Shown here: positions 47,225-60,584 of the stretch, one piece after another
Layout: the number at the start of each line of letters is the position of its first letter
Position numbering within the stretch: the stretch's first letter is position 1
Origin: Lepidodermella squamata
Taxonomy: Eukaryota > Animalia > Gastrotricha
Direction: 5' to 3'
DNA length: 64,000 nucleotides
Assembly: GCA_047495785.1 (NCBI GenBank)
Contig: JBLDXI010000031.1
Location: 1 to 64,000 of the forward strand
Made by a program: the position numbers and the translations under genes
Notes under the pieces: generated by a model
Seen by the model: only the letters and a program-made list of their open reading frames with translations
Databases searched by the model: none
What the model was told of the DNA's origin: nothing

Positions 47225-47910
47225 TCGTTATAAGGAACGGAGAACGGAGTATATAACGAACTTTTGTTGTAACGAACGAAAATTGCAGGCTCTTGCCGAA
47301 CTAGCGTACTATTTTGCATGCAAACAACATTTGTTGTAACGAACATTTACTAACGAACTTTCTCTGTAGCGAAAGCCGCCAGAGCAAAAGCTGGTGAATA
47401 TTCTAGTCAACATTATTTAAATTTTTATCTGAAATGAAGACCAAGATAGCCAAATTATATGATGAATCCTATCGAGAACCTTCAGCCGAATCTTGGTCTC
47501 GGAATGGGACGAATCAGATCACAGTACAAAAAATCAAGGAAATCCCAATAAAGCTAAACTAAGCAAATAACATGGATGACCTGTAATCTATTATAATCTA
47601 CAGGGTGTTCGCGTAATAATACTCTTCTAAAAATAGCTTTGCTACTTTTTGCATTCATTTGAGCTTTTTTGTAGCTATTTTTAGCTCATCCAGAGTATTA
47701 TTACGCGAACGCCCTGTATTTATTGCTCTCTTAAAACAATTAATCGCTGAATCCACATGCAGGGACTATGCGCAACGCGCACGATGTTTGCAGTGATTGG
47801 ATTTTGTTACCATGTACAGTGAAACCCCGATTTGGCGTCATCTACGGGCCGGCCGAAAAATCGGGCGGGAAATCCGAAAAGACGGATAATCCGGGTCAAT
47901 TTACATGCAA
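47225..47910. repeat. pogo/Tigger-like MITE fragments flanking the mariner MITE
   Basis: Repeated TAACGAAC units ending in CTGTA (~47255-47368), and TACAGTGAAACCCCG... at ~47815. Confidence 0.4.
47601..47716. mobile_element. Tc1/mariner-type MITE
   Basis: TA on both sides; 25-bp TIRs CAGGGTGTTCGCGTAATAATACTCT / AGAGTATTATTACGCGAACGCCCTG. Confidence 0.85.
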
Positions 47911-48556
47911 TTCGATGCTGCGGGGAAAAATGAAGATTTTTCACCCCTTATCTTCACCTTAGCATACTCGGACTTCCCGTCAGACGGAAAATAAGACTGG
48001 TGAAGGGGTTTAATAACAACTTGAGGTTCTCGCTTTCAATGCCAGGCTACTACTCACCTGTTCCGGAAGATCCTTATCTGTGAAAACGTTTCATTCGTAG
48101 ATTAACAGATTAATCAGAATTCGGGGTTTTCTTTGATGCGACTTTTCGATCAAACGCATGACAGCCGTCTGTATCAAAGAGCAGCGTCAAACTGAAAACA
48201 TGATGCTGATAATTGGATGCTGAGAAGCATAAGCAGGATAAGGAATGACGATAAGCAAAAATGTCCGGGTAGCTTCAGGCTTCAGGCTCTATAAAATCTG
48301 TCACTTTTAAGAATGGTTAATGGTTACATGTAAACACCGAGATAATATTTATTTTAAACTATAATATGTTATAAACATCATGTTATAAGCATCATTGGGA
48401 AAATGAATGACTGTAAATGGCTGAATGAGTCACCGCAAAGAAAACATTCGGAAAATATTCTGTACATTGGAATTTCATAAATAGCAGTTTTAAAAAGTGG
48501 AGAATAATGTCTGATGTTCCGAAACTAAAATTAGATAGTAGGAGTTGACAGAGCAG

Positions 48557-51500
48557 CTACACGCCATCGTAGCATTGAAAAGGATCCATGTACGGCGGCG
48601 TTGCATCCGAAACCTGATAAGAACAGACGAACATGTTTGAAGTATACTTCTCGAAAATTTGATGAGGAAAAGTGACCCACTTCAGTCGGTTTGCATCCGA
48701 AATCCGCACGTCGACAATCGGCGAACGGCTTGCCTGTTTCGTTTCGGTAACAGCGAACGTATTTCTGCTCACAAGGGTTCACAAGCGATAACATTATCGG
48801 CAGTAGCAAGACGTACCCAATTGAGATCGGCTCGATGATTACACGCCAATAGATTGCGGCCGAAGAAGGCATACGAGTTGAACATCTAAAGTAGTAGATG
48901 CCCCAAGGTCGCAAACAAGTTTCGATATTTCGGGAACTCACGATTTTGTCCTCACCGGAAAGACATCCTTGTTCGCCGGCAATGCAGCGGAATGTCGAGC
49001 CTTTTACGCATTTCTTAGCGTTCTGTGGAAGAAGAAGCAAAAATTTGACGATGTTCGAAAATTCCAACTAACGCCTTTGTTGCAGGTGTCCGTGAAACGA
49101 GCTGGCCACTCCTTGAAAGGAGTTTCGCCTTCCAAGCAGTACGGCCTGCACGCTTCGAACTGGCCAGTAACCGAGTTGGTGCAGCGCGAAGCCAATTGAG
49201 CTATCAACAGACAATAAAATTCAAGATACAAACTCTCACATAGGGAGTTGGATTTGTTTAGCTACAATGTTAATGACCTACTGCAGCTTTTAATTCTGTT
49301 CGCATTCTCGCAATCGGTAAGACCGCCGTTACTCCAGCATTGTAAAGTAGAAAAATAGAAATTGCGGCACGCATTTGAAGAAGCATTGAAATCGCCCCTT
49401 GGAAGATAACTCATGCGCAAACCAGAATCTTCGGACCAGCGCGAGCAGGTGCCACCTGTTGAGGTCTTAGATAACAGGTATCCTTCATAATCACTGGCGA
49501 CCGGCGTGATTCGGCATTCCTTGCTTAGCTCGGTTGCTTTCACACCTGGACAAGTTGCGAAGGCCGTCACTGTGGCGCCCTCACCCGATTGCTGGTAGGG
49601 TATGCTCGAGTAGACTAAAGCTTGATTTTTGTTTGTCACAAAAACACGACCACGTGCGGTGGCGATATTGCAGAACCTAATAATTGTAGAAACTGGTGAG
49701 GCAATAACAATACTTATTTTGTTCAACTTACGCAAATCCTGGAACTCTGCTCTCCGGTCCCAAGTCTCTTATAAGAACAAAGTTCATACAATTGACACTT
49801 TCTGAAATTAAAGTTACTATTATTAAATATTGACAAATAAATCGATTTGCCCACGGAAATATTGTAGAAGGGGCCAAGTCGGGAAAGCGAATATCAATCC
49901 ACTCGTGTTTCCCTGAAAGTGAAAAGATGAAACCACATACAGGATTATATGAATATATTTTCGAACCGTTTTGACACGCCAAGAACAGCGAGTTGAATTT
50001 GTTGTGCCAACTGCGGGAGTTGATATGTCAACGGTAGTACAAGGTTTAACGTAGATTTCGCCGCCGCAGCCATTCGCTGTATCGGTCGGATACGGGGCTT
50101 CACAGAAATCGCCACCAAGGCCAACCGGGCAGAAGCATTTCGTACAGTTCACGCTCGGATTCGGGTAGCCACCGTTTTGACATGTAATTGTCGGGTTCTT
50201 GCACGGATCGGAACCTGGATATACATGAGCGGACTAATGAAAGGTGGTATCTCTAGCTAATTAACGCAACAATACGCATGCAATTGAATTTTGTGAATTT
50301 TGCCTCTGAATTTGATATCAACCTTCTCAACTTTCAATGAGATGAAAGTGCTATGTCACGAAACGACATATCGAGAAATATCGAAACAACGTGTTTTGAA
50401 TATCCCAACTCCGAAATTTCCCGTGCTGTAAATTCCCAAATACAAGCCCAGGCGGAAACTCTTTGTCGGCTCTTTGATCTTCTATCTTTCAGTGCCGCCT
50501 GGGCTTGTACTTGGGTATTAACGGTAAAAGATGCTACAACGATGCGTTATGAGGACCCCGCTCTTTCGTATGGCACTGTCCGTTCCAACATAAATCATAG
50601 GTAGGATTCGTATTTTTTGCGCTACGTGTAAAGCTGGAAATAGCACATTGCCTGTTTTCGAGCAAAAACATGGTTTGCGGGAGCCTCGAGCTCGATTTTC
50701 CCCAGCCACGGCCATTTTCGATGTTCAGAAGCTGGGGATCTCGTTTTTGAACTCGTTGAGCCGATATTTCATTATCTAATTGTACGAATGCGACTTTTGG
50801 CTTCACCCAGAACCCCGGATCTGAAAGTTCAAAATAGTCTGAAGCTTGTAGGCGGAGTTCGTGAACTAACTCGTGTGGTGAGGGATCACAGTCGGACCTT
50901 TTGATTCGAAAATCGTTTTTCTACTACTCGAGTCTTTTTGAAGTTCCCAATGCGGGGAATATGAATTGCCCTATAATTTGAAAAACATTAATTTTTTTAA
51001 AATCTTTATCAGGGTTGTGATCGAAGTAAAAAAGTAAATGTGCAAGTTTTGACGCAGCAAAATGAACAACCCGATGAGATCCAAATTTTACCTGGCATTG
51101 GCCTTACCAAAGAGCTCCTTTTTGACTAATGAATTACCCTAATTGAAGTTAAAATCGTTCAATATGCAATACGAGATGGCGTCTTTCCTTAGTTCACTCA
51201 CGAAGAAAACGCTTCACAGGCTATTTTTAGTGAAAGTTATAGATGCAACATACTGTAGCAGTTGTAAAGCGTGTTCAACTTGACCATGTCGAACAGTGAC
51301 AGGTAAGCAGTCTGTCCCACGCTAGTTACATATCGCCGGTCGTGCGGATACCTTTCATTCACCCCTAGTCTGCCTGCCCCATATATCGAAATAGGATTGA
51401 ACAATGACTCATAATCAAAGGGAGTCGCGTTGTAGTACGTTTGTGCCGTATTTATCGTGAATCTATTGACACAAAAATCAAAGAAATAAGCTCGCGACAG

Positions 51501-52272
51501 AGCCAGAATGAAAGCAAACCTGCTCTCGAAGCCAGGGTAGGGAATGAGATATTGATCACGTTCCGGTCGCCTGAGTTCATACGTCAGACCTAGGGCATAG
51601 CCAATTTTTCTCATCACCAATGGAACCTGTTTCAAACACAATTTATTTGACTTTCAAGTTCGAAATGATGCGAAACAAACCGCGAGCGAAGTCTCTAGGC
51701 CGCATTCATAATAATTGACTCCAATGAACTTTTGAGGATACTTATCGCCATGATAGCCAAACGGGCTCCTAAATAGGTAGAGAACATGAATCAAATGATG
51801 ACTCATCACGCTGGAACACAGCAACTCACGATATTTCCAAGAAGCGAATCGATTTGGTATTCAGGTTGATGGACGGTCTCTCCTCGAACCGCAAGCAGGT
51901 GACCGATTCGATTTCAGCTATTGCTTGCTTGATAAAGCCCCTATCAAACTCAGCTGTCGCGTCAATATATAATTAAAACAGACAATTTTTCGGTCAAGTA
52001 AACTCACGGACAGCTAAACTGGTGCCGGCAGCGATAAATTGCCAGGTTCCGTTGTCGAATGCGTACAGTATCGGCAGTGGCCAAGGTTGGGCCGGCGGTT
52101 TACCAGGCGTGAAGCCATCATAAAAGTTGTAGTACAGGGTCATATTTATCGGGCCGATTGTTGGGTCAGCAACATTGACAAAGGTATAATCGTCATCAAC
52201 CTCCTGGCCTGAGGAGAAGCGGCAGTGGAGAAGTGAGCATGCCAACGCAAGCAAAATGCCGCGCACCGTCAT
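48557..52272 (-). CDS. Astacin-family pseudoprotease (signal peptide, astacin, EGF-like, CUB, kringle, Cys-rich tail), multi-exon
   Basis: WPLPILYAFD, IESVTCLRFEE, RKIGYALGLTYELRRPERDQY, PFDYESL, LSLFDMVKLNTLYNC; CQNGGYPNP...CFCPVGLGGDFC; CGGEIY; YEGYLLSKTSTGGTCSRWS...NACRN. Confidence 0.85.
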
Positions 52273-53383
52273 CGCTGGTCGAAATAAATGTTGATGAAAA
52301 AAGTAGCTACCGAAATACTATTATCAAATGATTGAAATAGAGACTGTTTTGAAGTTTTATAGCATGAATGGAACGTGCCCAATAGCTTTCAAATTTCGAG
52401 CACAGCACGCGATTGAAACCGCTAAACCGTAAATTTAGTGGCCAGTGTTTCAGGTTTATTGCTCGCCATGAATGAAACGATTTCACATGGCTACTTTGGA
52501 GGATGATTCTCTTATGTAAAAACAGATAGGAACTAGGCAGATAGGAAATCACACGTTTGTAATTTGTAACTGTTTCCGGATGTTTTCATATTTCCTATTG
52601 GACCCAATGGTAGCGTTTTCGAGCAGCCTAAATTTGAAAAAATCCTGTGAGGTGACTACACAGCCCCAGGGTGCCTAAAAAGGCATATCTCCGCACCGGG
52701 AAATCGTATAAATTCGGTGAAAATGGATAAATAACCAGTGTCCCGCCGGCTTGGTGATGAGCAAAGATATTGTGGGATTGTCGCCAAAGTGTCATCAAAA
52801 TCGATTGTGTACAAATTGTGACTAAACGGAATGCATTTCTAGGTTGATCTCACCACGCTGATGAAATGTTTCTTTGAGAGCGGCTTCCTAGCTATCACCG
52901 TTCTGGAGATAAAACCGCTCAGGTGTGACACCGGGTAAGGTCACGTGACCAACTTGACAGTGGAACTTCTCCGTAACCGTAACCGTAAATAATAAAAATA
53001 TGTTGCGGTTTTCGAATTCTTGGTCCTCCATTTCTTCTCTATCGAAGCAGCGTGTGCCAATCGGGAAAGAAAATGTAAAGATTTCCTCAAACACATTTTG
53101 GGCACTAATGGGTAAGTACCGAAAATATTACCAATCAGTTTCATCATCTCGGATTTTTTGAATTTTTTCGATGAAACGAGCCACAACTTTTAATATCCAG
53201 CTTTAATATGGAAATAAAGCAAAATATTTTGTAGGTACAAATATTATTGGAGAACATTAGGAAATTACTGAAAAAATACAGTCATATTAGGAGCTAAAAT
53301 CTCGTTGGCAATCGAACGAAAGTTGCTGAGTCGTGAGTAACAAAATCGATAAGCAGTAAATTATTGGTCAATAAAAATCGCAT

Positions 53384-54285
53384 CTAGCCATTAATGTCTC
53401 GATTGCTGTGATGCTGCTTCTTGGTCGATTTTTTAGCCGAGTGCGAGGCAATTATCGACTTGATTTCGTCACTTTTCGCCAGGTCGATCGCCGTCGAGCC
53501 TGAGTCATTCTTCATCGTGGCGTCGGCGCCTGCCTCGAGGAGGGCCTTGACCAGTTCGGCACTGCCCTGCCATGATGCGATCATCAGCGCGGTAGAACCG
53601 TTATCTGACGTCTGCGCATTCACATCGGCGCCATAGCTGATGAGGGTTCGAGCTGTTTCGACTCGCCCGCTGGCTGTAGCCAACGCTAAAGCAGTCCAAT
53701 TCGACGGGCACTTATAATTAGGATCGGCACCTCCTAGAAATTAAAAAAAAATCCAATTCAAAAATATTTTCAATTCACTTTCACCAAAATTAAGTTTTTC
53801 ATAAACCAGCAATTTCTAAATTAATTTTTGAAAATTTGAAAAATTCGAATTTTAAATTTCTAAATTTGAATTTTAAATCAGATTATTCAAATCAGTGAAA
53901 AATTTCCAAAAAAACATTAGAATTCTGAAATTTTCGAAATTTCGAAATTTTAAATTTAGGAATCGTTATTTGAAAAAAATAGAAGTGTGTCAAATTGACC
54001 TTCAATTAGCGCCCTCACAACGTCCGTATGTCCGTTATTAGCCGCCCTCACCAGAGCCGTCCAACCGTCGACGTCCTGAGCAGATATATCAGCGCCGTGT
54101 TCGATCAGCAGTTGCGTCGATATTAGACGGCCGTTTTCAGCCGCTAGAATGAGCGGCGTTCGCTGACTCGGCGTTCGGCCGTTGATATCTGCCCCGCAGA
54201 CAATTTTTAGTTTCACCTCGATGTCCTCGCCATTTTGAGCCGCTTCGAGCAAATCCTCTGTATGGTACTCGATACCGCTAATCAT
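53384..54285 (-). CDS. Ankyrin-repeat protein (5' end uncertain)
   Basis: Repeats TPLILAAENG, TALVRAANNGH, TALALATASG and TALMIASWQG, each followed by a GAD-type motif; intron ~53736-53999. Confidence 0.9.
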
Positions 54286-55352
54286 TTTTTATTAATAATT
54301 TTAAAATAATTGGCATTTCTACAATTATTTTGAGAAAAATCGGAATAGGTAGATTGTAAAAATGAGGCGAAAAGTTACGATAATACCTCCATTGTTCCTG
54401 TGGTAAAAATTTCTGAGAATTTGAATTTTTCAATCTAAAAAAGCTTTAGACAGAGATTTTTTAGAAATATTACTATCTTTGGACTAGAGCCAAAAAACAA
54501 CGATTGAAAAATGAGTATATCAACTCTCATTTATCAACAAACCACATACGGCTCATTAGTAGAACAGCTATTAAAATTTAGTGAATTAATGATATTTTTT
54601 CCTAACAGTTCATCAGTTTTTCCCTTTTAAGTCTAAAATGCTATTATATTCAGATTTTTATTGTAAAATTTGGACATCAAGCCAGGCTTCGCTATTGAGT
54701 TGAGAATTCTCAAAAAGATATTTCGTCAAAAGCGCCTCATTGACCTACCTTGATTCTTATATAATAAGCGAGGCCAAGAGCGTATCGCGCATAAAATATT
54801 ATGACTATAGGCGCAGGTATAAATTTTGTATTCGCCTCGCACGTTCTTTCTTCCCGCTGTGGACTTTGAAAGTGCAAAATGTTTCCGATCAAAAGACTTG
54901 GCTGTAGAATATTCGTGCTGTTATAAAGGAGAAACTAGCACTCCTCTTTACATATAAATCGAGTTTTAAAATAAAAATTAATTTAACAATTTCCGTTGGT
55001 GAGTTGCGAAATTGAATTACAAAAAGAGTAATATACCTGAAATAATAAGCACTTGCTGTTAAAATATGCGATGAAAGGTTGCGATCAATTTGATCGCAAA
55101 AACGTATCGACTGTATTAATATAGCGGAAAAAATCGTTCAATTACCTATGATAGTCGGAAAATCAGGGCATCGTTCATTATTATTTTTACGCTACGCACT
55201 CTATAATATATAGTAAGTATATGCCTGAAAGTGGCTATAAGGTAAACAGATATTTTTTCACCGGTGGAAAATCTCCATTATCGGCAGTTTATTTGGTTTA
55301 TTATTAGCTCGAAAAATCACAATTTTAATCACATTCACATTATTTTTTCCGG

Positions 55353-56796
55353 TTACAAACAAGCGCATTCTTCTACAACCATGTCAGGGAACACTTCTTG
55401 GGCGACAGATCCATCTAGCCGTGAGATTATGACCGGTTTATTGCTGTAGCGAATAGGTGCGCAAGGCGCGGGTGGCGGGGGTGAGTAGTCGCTGGATGAC
55501 GATGAGTCACCGAATCGGTTCAACATCGACTGCCATTGAGCGTGGCGAGTTGCGGCTAGGTGCCGCGGCATCGGAAAGCCACATTGGCCGGAACAGTAGT
55601 TAGCGGCATACGATGGCGGAAATAAAATGCCCTGAAAAAAACAAGAAAACTTGTAAGACAATATGGAAATTTAATAAAATTGGAGTTAATAAAATTTAAA
55701 TTTGAATTTTTATAAAATTCAAAATCATAGATTTGGACATTTCAAATTTCGCCTAATTTTTTCAAAATATTTCTCCCAAACCCAATCAGTCCCAAAATAT
55801 GATTTGATCTTAAATATTTCCTGCAATTTCGCTATTCCTACTACTATTATTTTATCTTGAATTTTGAAAATGTATTTCAGAAAATATTTTATTTTACCAA
55901 GCCAAGGTCGACCTCTCGAAAATTGATGTAAAGCGTCTCGCGGTGGCAGATGTTCGGCCTCGGTCGCCGATTATTTGATGGCACAGGTGCGTCACGCTTG
56001 AATAAGCGCCTCGCAAATCGAATTCCAATGGCTCTCGGCGAATCAGCAAAGGGCAGAACAGGCAAAGAATCGTCAAAATACCCCTCATCAACGTCAGTTT
56101 CATCCGATTTAGACGGAACACTTTCGTGATGAAGCAATAAAACTGGCCGATGGCTTGGATTACCATCAACAGGATGTCCTAAAATTGAAAATTTCAATTT
56201 CGAAGATTTGATTAAAAAAATCTAAACAAATTACCTATGCATGGTGAGATTATTTTCCCATTGAAACAGCTGATTGGCATCGAAATTTCCAACCAATTTT
56301 CGCTGTGAATTTTTGTAATTTTGTACCGACGCCATGTCGAGGTTCCATTTTGACACTCAACCTCGATATTACCAGTAATCGATTCCGCGTCGAAATTCGG
56401 GGCAAAAATGAATAATTTCACCGATTTCAAATGTTTCGTCGATGATTTTTCTAGATTAAATGCGAATTTATTGCAGGTTTCCATTGTACCAGGAATGGCT
56501 TCGATCTTGTCATGCGGCGCCAGTCGACCATGGCGTGCTAAATCAACCATGACGCGAACAGCTGATGATTGATTCGTGTCGACTTTCGACACCACCAATT
56601 CGTTTTTTCGATGGAAAAGTAAGCTTTTCAATAGATTTTTATCACCGAATTTCGACCATGAAATCGGCGCAGCGAAGCGTGTCGTCTGCGTGTCATCATC
56701 CGAGGCGTAAATTCCAGATAAAAAACTACTGGCCTCACTATAGCCGGCTAAAATCAGAGAGCTGATGATGGCGAAAACTATCACGACGATTTCCAT
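55353..56796 (-). CDS. Divergent TGF-beta/BMP-family ligand, 3 exons
   Basis: Signal peptide, prodomain, RRLFKR cleavage site, then CHRETLYINF...ANYCSGQCGFPM...PAPCAP...DMVVEECAC. Confidence 0.92.
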
Positions 56797-57927
56797 TCAG
56801 AAAAATAATTCTACGTTTATTTCGCCTTTCTTAGGGCTTTAATCTGGTATTAATCATTATTCACGCAGGTATTTGTTCAACATGATGTGCTGTCTTGCGA
56901 GGTGAGTAAATAAGTGCGTGTGAGTAATGAGGCCGCGTCGCGGGTCACATCGTGTCGCCAAGTGGATGCGTGCCGCAAATTAGGTGTTCGGTAATACTAT
57001 TAACATTGCTGTATATAGAATCCCATTTTAAGTGCCATTATGACGATGCTAGGTCCGGGGACCAATAATTAGGTGGACCATGGAAATGTATGAATTCGCT
57101 AAAATGTATCTATATCAGTGATGACCTAATAAAATTCTGAAAAATTGTCCGAAACACACAAGATAACTCGGGTTATTAACAGTTGCTGGTCTTTATTCTG
57201 TTCGGTCAACCTGGGACGTTTTTGACTATTGCCAAGAGCAAAGAGAGAAAAAACTTAACTAATTAACTAAATGGCAGGTCAAAAACTTCAGCCGACATTT
57301 AGCTGGTTTTTTTAAATTACCTATTGTTGAATTCGAAAATTTCAAGGAAATGGGCAATTGCACTAGTGATTTTATAATGTATAGGGTAAAAATCCCTAAT
57401 TTTGGCCGCTTTGAGTCCTTAGTGCAACGGTTCCCTAATTCCAGCAATGAGTTTAGGTTACCACAAAACTAACCATAAATCAATGCAAAATCGTCCAAAC
57501 TTGCAGTAACCGACATTCGTTAGCCTAATAACTCCTTTATTCTTCTGTATTTTTGCCAAAATTCTTTCTGAAAATTCAACTGACTGGCATAGTTGAAGAA
57601 AACCCAAAAAATTGGGGCAAAATTGCACGGCAATAACGTTAACATCTCTTCCTGTTGTTTTCAGTTTTTATGGTAATTAGTGATAGGCAGAATTGGAATT
57701 CATGAATCCTGTGGATATCTATGATAAAATTTATTCCCTGAATCGACTCCTGCGCGAAAAAATTGGGAAAAAAACGCGCAATCACACATCAGTCTAGAAT
57801 CTAGAATAATCATAGAGAACGTTGTGGGAGTCTAGAAGAATCAAAACATGTGATCACTACGTTCTCTTTGAATCAAAGAATCCCACTATAAACTAATGAA
57901 CGTTAAGTCAATTTGTCGTTCGATTCG

Positions 57928-58387
57928 TTACATCTTGGCGAAGTAGATGAGTGCTGTAGCACCCAAGATAAGAGCAGCCAGTGGCGTCGCCATTTCACCA
58001 GAGTTGCATTTATCAGTCGTGCAGCAATAGACCTCTGAGCACGCGATCGACAAAGCACAGCCGCTAGCCGGCGTACAGCTCGTTGAACAGCCCTTTGAAA
58101 TCGAGGTGGTTGTGGCGCCGAACAATGTTGTTTTCGTAACAGATTTCTTTAGAAATCGGACAATGACAATGGTTTCAACAAAGTAGTTGTGACTTACCGA
58201 GCAAGCGGTGTATTGCGTACCATTGCACGTGTTTGTTGTTCCATCGCTACCATCGTAGCATGTTAGGGCATCTAAAAGTCAAACGTTAAAATTTATTTTC
58301 GAAAAATTGGGGCTCTCTAAAATTACCTGCGAAGGTGGCCAAGGCGGCCAGAGCGAAAACGACATACATAGCTTGCGAAACGGCCAT
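57928..58387 (-). CDS. Ly6/uPAR three-finger protein, predicted GPI-anchored (copy 1), 3 exons
   Basis: Signal MAVSQAMYVVFALAALATFA, then LTCY...KGC...CCTTDKCN and a hydrophobic C-terminus. Confidence 0.9.
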
Positions 58388-59184
58388 TGCTAGGTAGATG
58401 ATATAAGATTAGCTGTAATTGCTTGATTCTGGTTTGCGGATGATTTCCATGGCGATTTCTGGTCGCTTTTTATAAGCTGGTGCTGATTCAAGTTGTTCAT
58501 CTGCAAATTTCTTAGCTGTCTCCTTGCATAGTTTTACTCATATATCGTTCCTTTGACAATCCGCTGAATTTTCAGTTTGAGTAATATGTTGTTATGCTCC
58601 CTTGCCGTGTCAATTAACTTTGACGCTCACAGTGGATTAACGTGACTCCATGTTTTAGCACTCCAGCCAGCTATATGCACTTCGTGTAAGCTAGTGGCTA
58701 GGCAGTGTTGCAATTTTGCAAAATTAAGAATAGCCGGGATAGCACAGGACTTCAACCTTCGAGCTTGTAGATGGCGAAAGAGGTTCCAAATCAGGCAAAT
58801 GCTTGCCCAATGTGATCAAGACCAGTTCAAGATCGGAGATCAGCCAATTTGATGGAAAATCTAATATAAACCCGACTTCTGATGATCATCTGTGGATTGA
58901 GCTTTGGCATTTGTGGCTGGTTCTACACATAAATGATAGTCGAAAGCTGCCACTATTCTTTTGCGGCGAACGTTCTTCTCCTTGGAAGTTTGAAACAGTG
59001 TTGGAAACATTGTAAAGTATTTCAGACACAAACCGAACCTGCGAACTGTGCAAGCGCCGGGAATCTACCAGTTAAAGAACTGATTTCTCAAAGCCAAACA
59101 AAAAGCGAAAACACTAAATGAGACGTGTCCGATTAGATCTTAGATCTTTAATTTCTGAAACACCGGAATTATGCAGCTACATAC

Positions 59185-59440
59185 TGCGAGCTGCCCGTGA
59201 GCTTTCGACGTAGGTGAAGAGCCTTCGATGGCGTAACGGCCGGCAACCATTGTCTGGTCTTTCTATAACGACATAGTTATAGAAATAACGGAAGCCATAT
59301 GGCAGTTGGCGTCTTTCAAACATGCGTTGCCACATTCCATTGGTGATCGCCGCGAAGTTACCGGTGCATTGATTCGCATTAGCCTTGCCGAATTGGGTCG
59401 TTATTTTAGCCTATCAGCGGCCGCTGGAATAATGAACGTT
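59185..59440 (-). pseudogene. PAN/apple-domain secreted protein pseudogene
   Basis: Homologous to 63640-63915 (ANANQCTGNF...CGNACLKDANC); start codon and reading frame disrupted. Confidence 0.55.
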
Positions 59441-60141
59441 TATGAACGTTCTGCTTATCAAGAAAATATAAACACACGCTGAAATCTTCAACTCTGGCTA
59501 GAGTTATGAATCTCTTTTGATATCACTCTCTGGGCGTCTGACAACGCCACAGCGATCGTTTGTTGGATAGCAGCGCATGCCAAGAATTGGTGAAAGTTTA
59601 TCACTGGAAATTGATAAGAACTCGACGAATATGAAAAGTTGAGAATGATTCTCCTAGCCAACATCTCACTTTCTTGCCGCCTATTTGCCTTTGTTGAACC
59701 AGGCGCGGTTGAATCATGACTATAGAAATATCCGGTGGCATGCGATGCTTGTACGTGAGCAAAATGTTTTCGAAATGCCCTGTCTGTTGACTTTACGCGT
59801 TCAGTTGAGTATTTTTCATAAAAAATTTAGCGGAGATGGTATTATTCTCAATTTCACGTACATTGGATAAAGTCCCACAAATATGACAAGTGAGAATTTC
59901 TGCTTATCTTTCCCTTTCGTCAAGTTTCGGTTTGCCTTATTTTCAAGATATTAACCTTGTCTTCCTATTATCAAGTCCGTGATGCTTCTACTTGGCGTAC
60001 AAGCTCGGCGCTATAACGTACAAGACTTAGTGTCAGCGCCTGTTTCAACAAAGACAACCGAAAAGCCGAGAAGCTGCGTATAACTTGTCAGGAAGAGCAT
60101 TCCTTTAATTTTTCTCATTCCAATTCACATCAATTTTAAAC

Positions 60142-60584
60142 ATGTTCGCCAGGAGCGCTGTTTCAGTTCTACTTCTTGGCTTCGCCTTTCAACCTGAGGC
60201 GTTGGGCGTATCACTGATAAAGGATGCAAGAGTCGCTAAAGCCCCACCGACTACGACGATGAGTTCTTGTGAGTATTTTGCTTCCATTAAATATTCCTAA
60301 TCATTGACTTGGCCAACTTTTCAGCGGACTACCTCAAGTTGAGGAAAGATGTCCTTTCCAGATTCGGAACGATGTCCTTTGACGACTGTGAGGGCTCTTA
60401 CGCTCAGGAGAGCCAAGCGAATGAGGCGCTATGTGGCCAGGCGTGTTCGAGCACTAAGGACTGTTACGCGTTCCGTTTCAATCCGAACACCAAGTCGTGC
60501 GTCTTTTCAAACAAGTCCAACTGCTTGAAGCGTATTTCCAATCCTCCCCGCTTCACCGGCACCACCTACGTGAAAAAGCTGTGA
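60142..60584 (+). CDS. Small secreted PAN/apple-domain protein, 2 exons
   Basis: Signal MFARSAVSVLLLGFAF, intron 60269-60324, then CEGSY...LCGQACSSTKDCYAFRFNPNTKSCVF (C-x3-C-x5-C-x-A-F-x-F...C pattern). Confidence 0.8.
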
